NCBI GenBank assembly: GCA_043228905.1
Contig: JBHGNT010000006.1
Location: forward strand, 7,564,001-7,628,000
DNA length: 64,000 nt
Origin: Azolla caroliniana
Lineage: Eukaryota; Plantae; Polypodiophyta
Reading direction: 5' to 3'
The position numbers were made by a program, and so were the translations under genes. Under the pieces are notes generated by a model. It searched no databases and was not told where the DNA came from. It saw only the letters and a program-made list of their open reading frames with translations. Positions 62,497 through 64,000 of the stretch are shown one piece after another (within the stretch, counting starts at the first letter, position 1; each line of letters starts with the position of its first letter).

Positions 62497-64000
62497 AACG
62501 ACCTACATTCTATCATACACAGGGAAGAAACAGGGATCGAATGCTTCTCGATCTTCCGCACTGACGACTTTGCATCAACATCTGGTATCAGAGCGAGGTT
62601 CGGCCGTCATCACCGCCTGCACAGCATTCGGTTCTTCACCTCAACACAGCCTGCACAGTATTCGCGTCATTCGAAGAAAGAGAGAAGAAGAACAAAAACG
62701 AGGTTTGCACCTCATCGCGTTAGATCCCCTTGCTTGGAGTAAGCCAACAGGTTGTACTCTGTTCCCTGTGATCGTAACCGCTCGAGGTGAAATCCCCTTG
62801 TGCAACTCTGACAACAACCCAAATTCGTGCTTCATCTGGCTGATCGACATTCGGGAGGATCAGTCGGATCTGTCTCTCTCATCGCTGCAGTCAATCGAAG
62901 CCGAATCAGTCCCGATAATCGGTTTCAATAATCGGTATTCGGCATATATATCCGAATCGAACCGGGCTCACTCCGACTCGGCGACATTCGGGAAGACCAG
63001 TCGGTTCTGTCCCTCAAGTTACCGGAGTCAATTCGAGCAAGTTCCGAAGCCGAACCGACTCGGGTTCAAATCCGACTAGAACGACATCGGGTGAGCCAAC
63101 CGGCTGCACTCCAACAAGGCTCGCAGTCAACTCCGAACCGAGCTTCGTCAACCGAAACCCAACTTGATGGCATCAACATCCGGCTCGTCAGAAATGAGTC
63201 TACGAAAGTTCGATGGATCGAACTTTAACTTCTGGAAGGAGCAAATGCAGGACTATCTCATAGTCAAGGGGCAAATCGATCCCATCGAAAATGAAGAACC
63301 TCCAGAAGGATACAAACCAATTGAGTGGCAGAAGCTGGACAGAATCGTCCGCGCCACGATTCGGATGCACCTATCGGAATCGGTATACTTTACGGTGCAA
63401 TCGTGTACGACAGCATTTGAACTGTGGAAAACACTGTCGGACACTTACGAAAAGAAGGTCGCCGCAACAAAGATGTTTCTGATCCGGCGACTCTACAACT
63501 TGCGGATGAAAGAATCCGATTCGGTTCAAGCACACCTCAATGAGTACGAAAGCATAAGCTCCCAAATCTCGTCACAGGGGACGGCAATCGAGGATGAACT
63601 CAGAGCAATGATACTCATGAGTAGCCTTCTCTCATCATGGGAAACTTTCGTCACAACCGTGTGCAACGCGTCAACCACGGCTGTTAAATACTCCGAAGTC
63701 ACGAGCGCAATCCTGACCGAAGCAGCTCGGAGAAAGTCCTTCGCCAAAGACTCAACAGACGACGCTTACGTAGTACAAGGTTCGACAGACCGATCGAACA
63801 TACGAGGAAGAGATTCCTCACGGCCGCCGAACAATCAGCGAAGACGGAGCCAGTCACGGGATAACCGAATCTGCAATTATTGCAAGAAACCCGGACACAT
63901 CAAAGCCGACTGCCGCGCACTCAAGAACAAGAACAACAAGAAGAGTGGCCGGCATGAGGAGATCAATTATGTCAGCTTCTCAGCTGATGTACTACCGGAC
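62331..64000 (+). mobile_element. Copia element J (Tork/Tnt1-like): 5' LTR 62331-62580, PBS 62583-62594, 5' UTR and gag; continues beyond the window
   Basis: TGTT..CAACA plus TGGTATCAGAGC. Confidence 0.9.
63167..64000 (+). CDS. Copia gag, open to the window end
   Basis: MASTSGSSEMSLRKFDGSNFNFWKEQMQDYL...LIRRLYNLRM...ICNYCKKPGHIKADC with no stop. Confidence 0.85.
   Translation, partial: MASTSGSSEMSLRKFDGSNFNFWKEQMQDYLIVKGQIDPIENEEPPEGYKPIEWQKLDRIVRATIRMHLSESVYFTVQSCTTAFELWKTLSDTYEKKVAATKMFLIRRLYNLRMKESDSVQAHLNEYESISSQISSQGTAIEDELRAMILMSSLLSSWETFVTTVCNASTTAVKYSEVTSAILTEAARRKSFAKDSTDDAYVVQGSTDRSNIRGRDSSRPPNNQRRRSQSRDNRICNYCKKPGHIKADCRALKNKNNKKSGRHEEINYVSFSADVLPD

Noticed and set aside
62425-63079. 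105-aa and 206-aa ORFs over the LTR and 5' UTR of J
   Set aside because: They start at non-ATG codons in or beside the (CT)n tract, cross the PBS and have no motifs; chance ORFs

Overview
Eukaryotic land-plant nuclear DNA. A seed-free lineage such as a fern is my inference from the mix of RTEX-type LINEs, a Tcn1/Tf1-like chromovirus and a ZNF862-like hAT. The left 7.6 kb is genic: the 5' end of an unknown Glu-rich repeat protein (minus strand, runs off the window) and a complete 6-exon RSZ21/22-type SR splicing factor gene (minus, 4294-7109) with a duplicated RS exon. From about 8.4 kb onward almost everything is transposable element. This includes an intact hAT (8486-13630; 20-bp TIRs, 8-bp TSD) carrying a captured SYGQ-rich host-gene fragment, and a full-length copia (15299-20827). 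A 36-kb nest (21614-57795) is at least six insertions deep and contains several copia elements, head-to-tail RTEX LINEs and a chromodomain gypsy. That gypsy shows sequence signatures of Tf1-type self-priming, -1 frameshifting and a tRNA-like box in its LTR. A Bianca-type copia and a Tork/Tnt1-type copia close the window. All boundaries were read by eye; lineage names come from remembered motifs, not database searches.
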